Source: a virus
Taxonomy: Duplodnaviria > Heunggongvirae > Uroviricota > Caudoviricetes
Length of the DNA stretch: 38,820 nucleotides
IMG/VR virus record: IMGVR_UViG_2908572912_000003
Reading direction: 5' to 3' (one strand)
Positions 8,565 to 17,088 of the stretch are shown here, in pieces; within the stretch, counting starts at the first letter, position 1, and the number at the start of each line of letters is the position of its first letter. The notes under the pieces were generated by a model. It was given only the letters and a program-made list of their open reading frames with translations. It ran no database searches and was not told the origin of the DNA. The position numbers were made by a program, and so were the translations under genes.

Positions 8565-9254
8565 ATGGCCGTTAGACCTGTTTTCGTCCCTACAAACGCA
8601 GGGAACTTACTATCGATCACGAAGGATGTGGATTTTCCTTGGGCTCCTGGTATGTCTAAAACGCAAAAGCAAAAATCGATCAGGGCGTTACATACAGCAG
8701 CGAATGAGCAGGGATTGAACTCTTTGTTGGAAATTTCTAGTAAATCCGAAGATGCGCTGGGGGTAGCACTTAGTGCATTTAATCTAAGAATAAAGACGAA
8801 AAGACTTGGGAAAGAGTTTACAGTTGAATCTGCATTTCAAGCAAGTAAAGTATTTGAAATGGGAGGACCATATGTCGATATCTTAGATAAAAGCTCGATA
8901 GAAGCAAAAAAAGATATGAGATTAAAGGAATCTGGGGGATTAGTTAACTTCAAATTTTATAATACAATATGGCCCATTGTCCCCAGGACTGCTTTTTATG
9001 ATTGGTTATATTTGAGTGCGCTCAATCAAAACAAAAATCTAGCACTCCATCTATTAAATTTTGATGGATTTACTGATATTGAATTTAATCCAGCGAAATC
9101 TATTAATTGCCAAGCCAGAGCAGCTGCACTTTTTGTCTCTTTAGTAAGACGAAATATGTTAGATGATGTTTTATCTTCAAAGGATGGTTTTTTATCAAAA
9201 TTAGCATCTCATTATGGTGTTGAAAATTATTCTATTCAACATACATTGATATGA
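8565..9254 (+). CDS. Partner of the DarT-like gene; possible NADAR (YbiA-like) domain antitoxin
   Basis: 229 aa with AGGA ribosome-binding site; LSAFNLRIKTKRLGKEFTVESAFQASKVF resembles the YbiA/NADAR segment FSNFAAWPIKVDGKTWPTSEHYFQAQKF; no macrodomain motifs (NAAN/GGGV) found. Confidence 0.4.
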   Translation: MAVRPVFVPTNAGNLLSITKDVDFPWAPGMSKTQKQKSIRALHTAANEQGLNSLLEISSKSEDALGVALSAFNLRIKTKRLGKEFTVESAFQASKVFEMGGPYVDILDKSSIEAKKDMRLKESGGLVNFKFYNTIWPIVPRTAFYDWLYLSALNQNKNLALHLLNFDGFTDIEFNPAKSINCQARAAALFVSLVRRNMLDDVLSSKDGFLSKLASHYGVENYSIQHTLI

Positions 9255-9256
9255 AT

Positions 9257-9280
9257 AATGGCCTGTAAAGGCCATTTTTA
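9257..9280. terminator. Bidirectional terminator between the convergent DarT-partner and integrase genes
   Basis: AATGGCC tgtaaa GGCCATT hairpin flanked by T-runs, filling the 32-bp gap between the two stop codons. Confidence 0.5.
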
Positions 9281-9286
9281 TCTAAA

Positions 9287-10456
9287 TTAATATCTATTTT
9301 TTCTATTTAAAGATGTATTTCCATCATATTCTTTGAGGTATGAGCCATAATGTCTAAATAACATCTCTGGTCCTTTATGACCCATTTGAACCGCAAGCCA
9401 AAACAGGTTTGCTCCCCGGCTGATATGGCTGGTGGCGAATGTATGTCTGGTTTGATATGGGTTTCTGTAACGAATACCTGCTTTCCGCAATGTTGGCACC
9501 CATGCTTTTTTTCTAATTGCATCAGCACTTGCCCAAGGCTTATTGGTCTTTGGATCTTCAAAGACTGTAGCATCCTTCATGAATGTAAATGGCTTCTGAT
9601 TTATCAGCGCCAACATTGCATCTTCTGTCAGTTCAACTTTACGAGTACCGGCTTTTGTCTTTGTTCCTTTGATAACACCGACAACACTTGCGCTCTGGAC
9701 ATGGGCAGTTTTTCCAACAAAGTCGATATCACGCCATCGAAGGGCACATAATTCAGAACTACGCAGGCCTGTATGTATAGCGAACCGGAACAGATTCTCC
9801 CATTGTTTGTTTCCGGCTGCTGCTAGTAATGCATCAACTTCTGCTGGTGATAGCGGATCAACCACGTAGCTGCTTTCTGCTTCTGACTTATCACTTTGGT
9901 AGCGCGAAGCAGTTACCAACGATACGGGGTTAATTTGAAGTACCCCATCGGTTACGGCTTCATCAAGTGCTGACCGCAGGAAAGATAACTGGTTGCGAAT
10001 TGTTTTTAAGGTCGTTTTCTGGCTTTGAATCCACGCTTTCAGGATTGCTGGTGTTAATTCACTTGCAGGGCAAATGTGGAGTGAGGCTAACGCACTACGG
10101 CATTTTTTATAACCACCAATCGTAGATGGTGAAAGTTTTCTCGTTTCGCAGATTTCAAGGTATTCGTCCAGGTACATTTTTACCGTTTTGCCTGCAGCAG
10201 CATTACCAAAAATTTTCAAACGAGCAGAACGGGGAAAATATTCCGCATAAATGAATGTTCCCCTTTCGATCTTATTATGAATTTCGCCGAGTGTGCGCTC
10301 GGCGTATTTAATGTTCTTTGGTGTTACTTCCAGATTGGAAAGAGGCTCACGACATCTAACTCCTTTGTAGGTGAAAGTTATATTGATCGTTTCGCCCTGG
10401 CGGTGTTTCCTGATTGTTACGCCGCGCGGTAGTTTGAGCAGTTTTGTCTGGCCCAT
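9287..10456 (-). CDS. int: Prophage tyrosine integrase
   Basis: 389 aa; catalytic region motifs (HTGLRSSELCALRW, HTFATSHI, GHKGPEMLFRHYGSY). Confidence 0.9.
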   Translation of the reverse strand: MGQTKLLKLPRGVTIRKHRQGETINITFTYKGVRCREPLSNLEVTPKNIKYAERTLGEIHNKIERGTFIYAEYFPRSARLKIFGNAAAGKTVKMYLDEYLEICETRKLSPSTIGGYKKCRSALASLHICPASELTPAILKAWIQSQKTTLKTIRNQLSFLRSALDEAVTDGVLQINPVSLVTASRYQSDKSEAESSYVVDPLSPAEVDALLAAAGNKQWENLFRFAIHTGLRSSELCALRWRDIDFVGKTAHVQSASVVGVIKGTKTKAGTRKVELTEDAMLALINQKPFTFMKDATVFEDPKTNKPWASADAIRKKAWVPTLRKAGIRYRNPYQTRHTFATSHISRGANLFWLAVQMGHKGPEMLFRHYGSYLKEYDGNTSLNRKNRY

Positions 10457-10623
10457 TTTGCAACCTCACTAAGATCAATCCACCTCTCCTTAACGCCTTC
10501 AACCTTTAAAACCTGAACACCTTCACGCCAAACACCGCGCTGTACACGTTTGTTTATTGCTTCAGGAGTTTCGCCAGTTTCTTTGCAATAAGTTGAGATT
10601 GGAACACAATCGAGGTTCAGCAT
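10417..10623 (-). CDS. xis: Excisionase-like protein
   Basis: 68-aa ORF immediately upstream of and overlapping the integrase; ATG at 10623 with GGAG upstream; a GTG at 10635 is an alternative start. Confidence 0.45.
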   Translation of the reverse strand: MLNLDCVPISTYCKETGETPEAINKRVQRGVWREGVQVLKVEGVKERWIDLSEVAKWARQNCSNYRAA

Positions 10624-10682
10624 ATGTTTCTCCACTTAGCCCGCTGCACACGGGCAGTAATATCAAATTCCAGTCCTGATAA

Positions 10683-10898
10683 TTAATTTTGTTCCCTGGT
10701 TGCTACCTGTTTTATTGGCCTGATGCTGTCCAGTAGCAGACGGCGACGCATGTTAGGTGCCCCCCAACGGTAACCAGTCTTTTTGTCGTAGGATTCACAA
10801 CGTCCGGCAACCCAGGACGTTTCAGTGGAATGTAATTTCATCCGCTTTTCACCGTCTCGGGTGATAACAATTCCTGTATGAGTTTTTATCACGCTCAT
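10683..10898 (-). CDS. Hypothetical phage early protein
   Basis: 71-aa ORF; ATG overlaps the stop of the upstream gene (ATGA). Confidence 0.45.
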   Translation of the reverse strand: MSVIKTHTGIVITRDGEKRMKLHSTETSWVAGRCESYDKKTGYRWGAPNMRRRLLLDSIRPIKQVATREQN

Positions 10899-11257
10899 TT
10901 CTTAGTCTCTGGTGCTTTCGGCATTACTGCCCAGTGAGTGATATTGACGTTTTCAAGGTCCCCGACCTGAAATGTCCACTGCCATTCTCCGGTTTCTTTT
11001 TGCCCCCAGGTGTACCAGAGAGAACGCCAGCCAATTAGCCAGCCTTCTCCGTTAGCATCGAATAACAAAACACTTTCATTTGCTGGTGGCAGTTCAGTTG
11101 ACACTGGTATTGCTTTGTTTTCCTGTGCTGCACATTTAGCTTCAAGCGCATCGAATTTGCGCACCAGGTATTCAGCATCTGTTTCATTCACTTTCAGATC
11201 TCGCGGTACACATCTCCCACGAAGAAACCCTTCCATTTCGAAAACATTCATGCACAT
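10895..11257 (-). CDS. Hypothetical phage protein with Trp-rich C-terminus (DUF551-like)
   Basis: 120-aa ORF in an operonic chain with its neighbours; C-terminal GWRSLWYTWGQKETGEWQW segment. Confidence 0.45.
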   Translation of the reverse strand: MCMNVFEMEGFLRGRCVPRDLKVNETDAEYLVRKFDALEAKCAAQENKAIPVSTELPPANESVLLFDANGEGWLIGWRSLWYTWGQKETGEWQWTFQVGDLENVNITHWAVMPKAPETKK

Positions 11258-11784
11258 TTGCGTAACTCCGATAACTCGTTAAAACGTTCCATAAACATCC
11301 CGTAGGCATGGCCCGGTGCCAGTGGAATCACGTTGAACATCTCTGTTGCGGGGATGCCTTCCAGTACAGGCCAGAAAGAGCCATCATCAAGCCCGAGATC
11401 GCGGCGTTCGGTTGCCAGCATGATGAGATCGGCATATTTCACAGGCGTGCTCATAACCGGGGGTAACCCGTATTTCTCACGGATTACGGCGTCTATTTTT
11501 TCTTCCATCCGTTTATAGTCAGGAAGAAGGCGTTTCAGTGGCGCGGGGATGTCCTGACAATAAGCTTCTGTTGCATCATGCATTAACGCTTCAAAAGCAA
11601 ATTCCTGCGGCACCAACTGGCTGCAAAGAACCGCATGTTGGGCGACGCTGTAGAAGTGCGAAAGATGACCGGCAAAGCGACAGATATTTGAAAGGGAAAC
11701 CGCGATATCGTTAATATCGATGTCGTCTTTATTTATCCTGTCATAATAAAAATGCTTCCCGGAAAAAGTTTTAATAAATGACAT
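11248..11784 (-). CDS. HD-domain phosphohydrolase (YfbR-like 5'-deoxynucleotidase family)
   Basis: His...HD metal-binding pattern (SVAQHAVL...ALMHDATEAY); ATG at 11784 with GGAG upstream (the longer ORF from 11811 starts with GTG). Confidence 0.6.
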   Translation of the reverse strand: MSFIKTFSGKHFYYDRINKDDIDINDIAVSLSNICRFAGHLSHFYSVAQHAVLCSQLVPQEFAFEALMHDATEAYCQDIPAPLKRLLPDYKRMEEKIDAVIREKYGLPPVMSTPVKYADLIMLATERRDLGLDDGSFWPVLEGIPATEMFNVIPLAPGHAYGMFMERFNELSELRKCA

Positions 11785-11911
11785 TTTGTTCTCCACGTAT
11801 ATGCGCTGCACCGCGCTGAATTCTGGTAAAAAGAATCCCTCACCATCCGGCGATTATTGAGTAAATTACGTTTCCATAAATGCCCCCGCAGGGGCATTTG
11901 CAGTAATGAAA

Positions 11912-12736
11912 TCAGGCGGTGAAAGTACCAATAAAGGTTTCTACTTTGCTGTCCTTGAATTTCTCAACAAGCAGATCACGAAATTCGTTAGCCATTTCTT
12001 CCTGCACCGCCTCCAGCTGAATAATGCGCAGAACCAGTACAGGACGATCGCCAGTGATAATACTGAGGCGTAATTTAAACGGACGTTCTTTCAGACCTTC
12101 AAACGGAACGCATTTAAATTCAAATGCCACTGGCATAATGTCTTTGGTCTTCGCTTCGACAGACTCCATCAGGGAGCGTTTGCCGCTGAAGTCATTATCT
12201 TCAAAATCAGCGGTCTGGTTTGCTTCAATCGTGATTTTACGGACAGCCGCAGCCGCTTTTGTTGCCTGAATAGCGTCACCATTAGCATCAAAGCCCACAA
12301 GATAGTCGGCCCAGTCTTCAATCCATTCTGCCAGTGACTTCTGGGAGTTACGCTCGCCGTTAACAGACAACAGAGCAGAGAACGGTGCTGTCTTTTTCAG
12401 TTTGAGTGTGGCGGTGTTATCTGCGTGACCTGGTTCATCAATAGTACCCAGGTTAAGCACACTGACGGCACGCATATTATCAGCATCGATAAAGCAGCGG
12501 GTGCCTTCATCTGCAAGATCTTTAGAATAACGGGTAAAGTCATCGATGCTGGCAGTGGAAAGCGCACCACGGAAACGGAAGCGATTTAAATTAAATTTTT
12601 CCAGATCATGAATGCGGAAATTCTCAGGCAATGCCACAGCATCGGCACCAATCTTACTGATAATTTCATTAACACCCTGAGCAGAAATAAGGGCATGGAT
12701 TTGATTAATTGAGGTTGCGTCTAAGTTCTGAGACAT
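11912..12736 (-). CDS. Phage early protein, YfdQ-like (DUF2303)
   Basis: 274-aa ORF, ATG with GAGGA upstream; sequence recalled as similar to CPS-53 yfdQ-type prophage proteins. Confidence 0.5.
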   Translation of the reverse strand: MSQNLDATSINQIHALISAQGVNEIISKIGADAVALPENFRIHDLEKFNLNRFRFRGALSTASIDDFTRYSKDLADEGTRCFIDADNMRAVSVLNLGTIDEPGHADNTATLKLKKTAPFSALLSVNGERNSQKSLAEWIEDWADYLVGFDANGDAIQATKAAAAVRKITIEANQTADFEDNDFSGKRSLMESVEAKTKDIMPVAFEFKCVPFEGLKERPFKLRLSIITGDRPVLVLRIIQLEAVQEEMANEFRDLLVEKFKDSKVETFIGTFTA

Positions 12737-12801
12737 AATAAGTCCTCACTATATAAAGATATTCAGTGATGAGATAAATAATCAGTTAATTAAAAACGAT
12801 A

Positions 12802-13164
12802 TTAACGACCTGCTGCGCGGAGTTTTCCGTCAGGTTCACCGGCAAGAGTCAGTAACTGTCCCTGGTCTTCCTGCAGAATAGTCAGGCGACCACCGCGATT
12901 GACATACATCGGCGTTTCGGTGGTGTCTTCTTCGGAAATTTTCCCGCGGTTAGTCGGGCGAACATATGAGAGTTTGTGTTTGATTTTCACACGGTTCTCA
13001 TCAAATGGTTCGATTTCCAGGTTGAGTGAGACCTTACCTTTGGTTTTCGTGTTCATCACACCGGAAGCGACTTCACTGAGAACTGCGCCGATTTTGGTTT
13101 CAAATACGCCGCCGTCCAGCTCCCCGATAAATGCCTGCACGTCAGTACTGCGTTCGCTAGCCAT
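12802..13164 (-). CDS. Hypothetical phage early protein
   Basis: 120-aa ORF starting MASERSTDVQ... with GAGGAG upstream; the longer upstream extension to 13482 has junk-like composition. Confidence 0.5.
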   Translation of the reverse strand: MASERSTDVQAFIGELDGGVFETKIGAVLSEVASGVMNTKTKGKVSLNLEIEPFDENRVKIKHKLSYVRPTNRGKISEEDTTETPMYVNRGGRLTILQEDQGQLLTLAGEPDGKLRAAGR

Positions 13165-13632
13165 TTTGCTGCTCCTCATCATATCGACCCTGCAAGGCCG
13201 ATTAGTTTCTCCACAAAACAGAGAAGAACACCTGCGGTGGCAGCCGCCCGGATGGATTGGGTTATGAGCCCGTCGTCCGGTGATGCTCTTCTCTGTTTTG
13301 TAAAAAGGACGGTACCAGCCGGAAGCAAGGGTACAAACTGGTACCGCCAGGACTACACACAGCATAAAGTTGTGGTGCCGGGTGCCTCCCGGTGCCTGGC
13401 GAAGGTTGCACACCAGGCGGGTGGGTATCCACAGAAGGTCGACTGTCAGCCTCAACCTTAACCCGCGTGCGCTGAGCCGCATTCACCACAACGCTAAGGA
13501 TTCTCTCTGGTTGAAAATACTTAGCTGTTATGTGCCTGCTTTTAGCCACATCAGGCGAGGTGGACCTAGTTATTCCCCAACAACAAGGATTCGGTTAATC
13601 TGGTTATCCCCAACAACGCAAAAGGAAAAGAA

Positions 13633-14067
13633 ATGTCCGGTAATATCTATACGCTGTACAAATCCCACTGTGAAAATGTTGGAAAGTATCGGGGCATTGA
13701 AATCAGTGGGGTAGTGTCATCAGCCGAAATAAGCAAAGTTGAATCAAGGGCAACATTACTTACTCTTTTGGACCTTGTCTTACATGAGCACCGGAAGAAA
13801 TTCGGCACTCCCTATAATCAGTTGAATGGGAAAAAGGCTCTGGTTCACCTTATTCTGATGAAGCATCACTGGATGCCAAAACAGATTAATGAGATGAAAT
13901 TTGATGAACTTCTTCTTTCAATTCAGGATGAACTCACACTTGATAAAATAAGCGTAACCGCCCAGAAATTTTTAGATTATCGAGACTGGAGATCACAAAT
14001 TCATCACTTTGATGATTTTGACGAAAATGAATGGGATCCTAATTTGTCTGCACAATATCTAAAGTAA
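13633..14067 (+). CDS. Hypothetical acidic protein (144 aa), opposite strand to the early operon
   Basis: AT-rich ORF with AAGGAAAAG ribosome-binding site; ends 5 bp before the IS1 left end; no recognisable motifs. Confidence 0.5.
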   Translation: MSGNIYTLYKSHCENVGKYRGIEISGVVSSAEISKVESRATLLTLLDLVLHEHRKKFGTPYNQLNGKKALVHLILMKHHWMPKQINEMKFDELLLSIQDELTLDKISVTAQKFLDYRDWRSQIHHFDDFDENEWDPNLSAQYLK

Positions 14068-14127
14068 CATCCGGTGATGCTGCCAACTTACTGATTTAGT
14101 GTATGATGGTGTTTTTGAGGTGCTCCA

Positions 14128-14403
14128 GTGGCTTCTGTTTCTATCAGCTGTCCCTCCTGTTCAGCTACTGACGGGGTGGTGCGTAACGGCAAAAGCACCG
14201 CCGGACATCAGCGCTATCTCTGCTCTCACTGCCGTAAAACATGGCAACTGCAGTTCACTTACACCGCTTCTCAACCCGGTACGCACCAGAAAATCATTGA
14301 TATGGCCATGAATGGCGTTGGATGCCGGGCAACTGCCCGCATTATGGGCGTTGGCCTCAACACGATTTTACGTCACTTAAAAAACTCAGGCCGCAGTCGG
14401 TAA
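14128..14403 (+). CDS. insA: IS1 InsA
   Basis: [43 protein letters not shown]... matches recalled IS1 InsA. Confidence 0.85.
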
Positions 14404-14825
14404 CCTCGCGCATACAGCCGGGCAGTGACGTCATCGTCTGCGCGGAAATGGACGAACAGTGGGGATACGTCGGGGCTAAATCGCGCCAGCGCTGGCTGTT
14501 TTACGCGTATGACAGGCTCCGGAAGACGGTTGTTGCGCACGTATTCGGTGAACGCACTATGGCGACGCTGGGGCGTCTTATGAGCCTGCTGTCACCCTTT
14601 GACGTGGTGATATGGATGACGGATGGCTGGCCGCTGTATGAATCCCGCCTGAAGGGAAAGCTGCACGTAATCAGTAAGCGATATACGCAGCGAATTGAGC
14701 GGCATAACCTGAATCTGAGGCAGCACCTGGCACGGCTGGGACGGAAGTCGCTGTCGTTCTCAAAATCGGTGGAGCTGCATGACAAAGTCATCGGGCATTA
14801 TCTGAACATAAAACACTATCAATAA
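14322..14825 (+). CDS. insB: IS1 InsB reading frame (expressed as the InsAB' transposase by -1 frameshift)
   Basis: ...[36 protein letters not shown]... matches recalled IS1 InsB. Confidence 0.8.
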
Positions 14826-14840
14826 GTTGGAGTCATTACC

Positions 14841-15011
14841 GGCAAAACCATTCCGGGTAACGATGATGTGGTGAAGCCCGTCAAAGAGCAGGCGGAAAAC
14901 AAAATCGATGGTGCAGTTGCGCTGATTATGGCGGTTGGCAGAGCCATGCTGTACGAGAAAGAAGACACGCTGTCTGACCACATTGAGTCCTATGGGATCC
15001 GCTCGCTTTAA
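14841..15011 (+). pseudogene. 3' remnant of a terminase large-subunit-like gene, truncated by IS1
   Basis: Frame is open from the first base after IS1 (…[24 protein letters not shown]…, 56 codons) and ends just before the portal gene; no start codon or N-terminal portion present. Confidence 0.4.
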
Positions 15012-15022
15012 CTGAGGTAATT

Positions 15023-15205
15023 ATGATCATGCTGATTCTCGCGCCTCTGGTGGGCGTGCTGGGGGCGCTTTTGCTGGCGTATGGTGCCTGGCTGATTTAT
15101 CCCCCGGCGGGGTTTGTTGTTGCCGGGGCGTTGTGCCTGTTCTGGTCGTGGCTGGTGGCGCGATATCTCGACCGTACACAGTCGTCTGTCGGCGGAGGTA
15201 AATAG
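15023..15205 (+). CDS. Small hydrophobic (membrane) protein
   Basis: 60-aa ORF with GAGGT ribosome-binding site; predominantly hydrophobic; abuts the portal start. Confidence 0.4.
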
Positions 15206-16446
15206 TGTTCTTTTCGGGATTATTTCAACGAAAAAGTGACGCACCGGTGACCACGCCAGCAGAGCTGGCGGATGCTATCGGGTTGTCCTACGACACCTAT
15301 ACCGGAAAGCAGATCAGCAGCCAGCGGGCCATGCGACTGACGGCGGTTTTTTCCTGTGTCAGGGTGCTGGCAGAGTCGGTCGGGATGTTGCCCTGCAATC
15401 TGTATCACCTGAACGGCAACCTGAAACAGAGAGCCACCGGCGAACGTCTGCATAAGCTGATCTCCACGCATCCCAATGGCTATATGACGCCGCAGGAGTT
15501 CTGGGAGCTGGTGGTCACCTGTCTGTGCCTGCGGGGCAACTTTTACGCCTACAAAGTGAAAGCATTTGGCGAAGTGGCTGAACTGCTGCCCGTCGATCCC
15601 GGTTGTGTGGTACCGAAGCTTAACAGTCGCTGGGAGCCGGTCTATCAGGTCACATTCCCGGACGGCTCCACGGATGTACTGAGCCAGGAAGATATCTGGC
15701 ATGTGCGCACGCTGACGCTGGACGGTCTGGTGGGACTGAATCCCATCGCCTATGCCCGCGAGGCAATATCGCTGGCAGCTGCGACCGAAGAGCACGGGGC
15801 CAGACTGTTCAGCAATGGTGCGGTGACGTCCGGTGTGTTGCGTACAGAGCAGACGCTGTCGGATCAGGCTTATGAGCGCCTGAAGAAAGATTTTGAGGAG
15901 CGTCACACCGGGCTTGGCAATGCTCACCGCCCGATGATCCTTGAGATGGGGCTGGACTGGAAGTCGATGGCGCTGAACGCCGAGGACAGCCAGTTCCTGG
16001 AAACCCGCAAGTTTCAGCTTGAAGAAATCTGTCGTCTGTTCCGGGTGCCATTGCACATGGTGCAGAACACCGATCGCGCCACCTTCAACAATATCGAAGA
16101 GCTGGGGCTGGGATTTATCAACTATTCACTGGTGCCGTATCTGACCCGCATCGAACAGCGGATCAACACCGGACTGGTACGAAAAAGTAAGCAGGGCGTT
16201 TATTACGCCAAATTTAACGCCGGGGCGTTACTGCGCGGGGATATGAAGTCCCGTTTTGAAGCCTACGCCACCGGGATCAACTGGGGAATTTACTCTCCCA
16301 ATGACTGCCGCGATCTGGAAGATATGAATCCGCGTCCCGGTGGTGATGTCTATCTCACACCGATGAACATGACCACGAAACCCTCCGATGGCAGTAAAGC
16401 CGGTAAGCAGAAGGATAACGCCAATGCAGACGAAACAACGTCTTGA
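15205..16446 (+). CDS. Phage portal protein (HK97 family)
   Basis: 413 aa; GTG start with GGAGG upstream; position upstream of the protease and major capsid genes. Confidence 0.8.
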   Translation: MFFSGLFQRKSDAPVTTPAELADAIGLSYDTYTGKQISSQRAMRLTAVFSCVRVLAESVGMLPCNLYHLNGNLKQRATGERLHKLISTHPNGYMTPQEFWELVVTCLCLRGNFYAYKVKAFGEVAELLPVDPGCVVPKLNSRWEPVYQVTFPDGSTDVLSQEDIWHVRTLTLDGLVGLNPIAYAREAISLAAATEEHGARLFSNGAVTSGVLRTEQTLSDQAYERLKKDFEERHTGLGNAHRPMILEMGLDWKSMALNAEDSQFLETRKFQLEEICRLFRVPLHMVQNTDRATFNNIEELGLGFINYSLVPYLTRIEQRINTGLVRKSKQGVYYAKFNAGALLRGDMKSRFEAYATGINWGIYSPNDCRDLEDMNPRPGGDVYLTPMNMTTKPSDGSKAGKQKDNANADETTS

Positions 16447-17074
16447 TGTACCGCTGAGTCTGAAGTCTGTCAGTGACTCCGGTGAGTTTGAAGGGTATGG
16501 CTCCGTCTTTGGTGTAAAGGACAGCCACGATGATGTGGTGATGTCCGGGGCATTTGCCGCCTCCCTGCGGGCGTGGAGTGACAGAAAAGCGTTACCTGCG
16601 CTGCTCTGGCAGCACCGCATGGATGAGCCCATCGGTGTTTACACCGAAATGAAGGAAGACGATGTCGGGCTTTACGTCAGGGGGCGGTTGCTCATTGATG
16701 ATGATCCCCTGGCAAAACGCGCACATGCACACATGAAGGCCGGTTCGTTAACCGGCCTTTCTATTGGGTACGTCCTGAAAGACTGGGAGTACGACCGGAC
16801 GAAAGAAGCCTTTCTGCTGAAAGAAATCGACCTCTGGGAAGTCAGTCTGGTGACGTTCCCGTCTAACGACGAGGCGCGGATCAGCGACGTCAAGAACGCG
16901 CTGGCCCGCGGGGAAATCCCCGAACAGAAAAAAATCGAAAGGGTCCTGCGTGATGTCGGACTCTCCCGTACCCAGGCCAAAGCATTCATGGCCGGGGGCT
17001 ATGGCGCACTGTCCCTGCGCGACGCTGAGGATGTGAGCTCTGCACTGAATGCACTGAAAAATCTGAACTTCTAA
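16424..17074 (+). CDS. Prohead protease (HK97 family)
   Basis: ATG at 16424 with AAGGA upstream, overlapping the portal 3' end; sits between portal and major capsid genes. Confidence 0.75.
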   Translation: MQTKQRLDVPLSLKSVSDSGEFEGYGSVFGVKDSHDDVVMSGAFAASLRAWSDRKALPALLWQHRMDEPIGVYTEMKEDDVGLYVRGRLLIDDDPLAKRAHAHMKAGSLTGLSIGYVLKDWEYDRTKEAFLLKEIDLWEVSLVTFPSNDEARISDVKNALARGEIPEQKKIERVLRDVGLSRTQAKAFMAGGYGALSLRDAEDVSSALNALKNLNF

Positions 17075-17088
17075 TCAGGAGAAATACG

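Larger units (their letters stand above)
14073..14840 (+). mobile_element. IS1 insertion sequence (768 bp)
   Basis: Ends GGTGATGCTGCCAACTTACTGAT... and ...ATCAATAAGTTGGAGTCATTACC; insA and insB reading frames inside; the 9-bp flanks differ (GTAACATCC vs GGCAAAACC), so there is no target-site duplication. Confidence 0.9.

Noticed and set aside
12802-13482. 226-aa form of the early gene
   Set aside because: The N-terminal 106 codons are Cys/Arg/Trp-rich, junk-like translation of the GC-rich non-coding region; the MASERS start at 13164 has a GAGGAG ribosome-binding site.
13560-13632. Type III toxin-antitoxin (ToxIN-like) repeat array upstream of the 144-aa ORF
   Set aside because: There are only two partial copies with a 34-nt period, no terminator separates them from the ORF, and the second copy overlaps the ribosome-binding site. 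That is too little for an antitoxin RNA array, so it is kept as an unexplained repeat.
15220-16056. Long antisense ORFs inside structural genes (for example 15220..16056, 19701..20129, 23739..24068, 27424..27921, 29651..30109)
   Set aside because: They lie antisense or out of frame within well-supported portal, tail and baseplate genes and have Arg/Pro/Cys-rich composition typical of shadow ORFs in GC-rich coding DNA.
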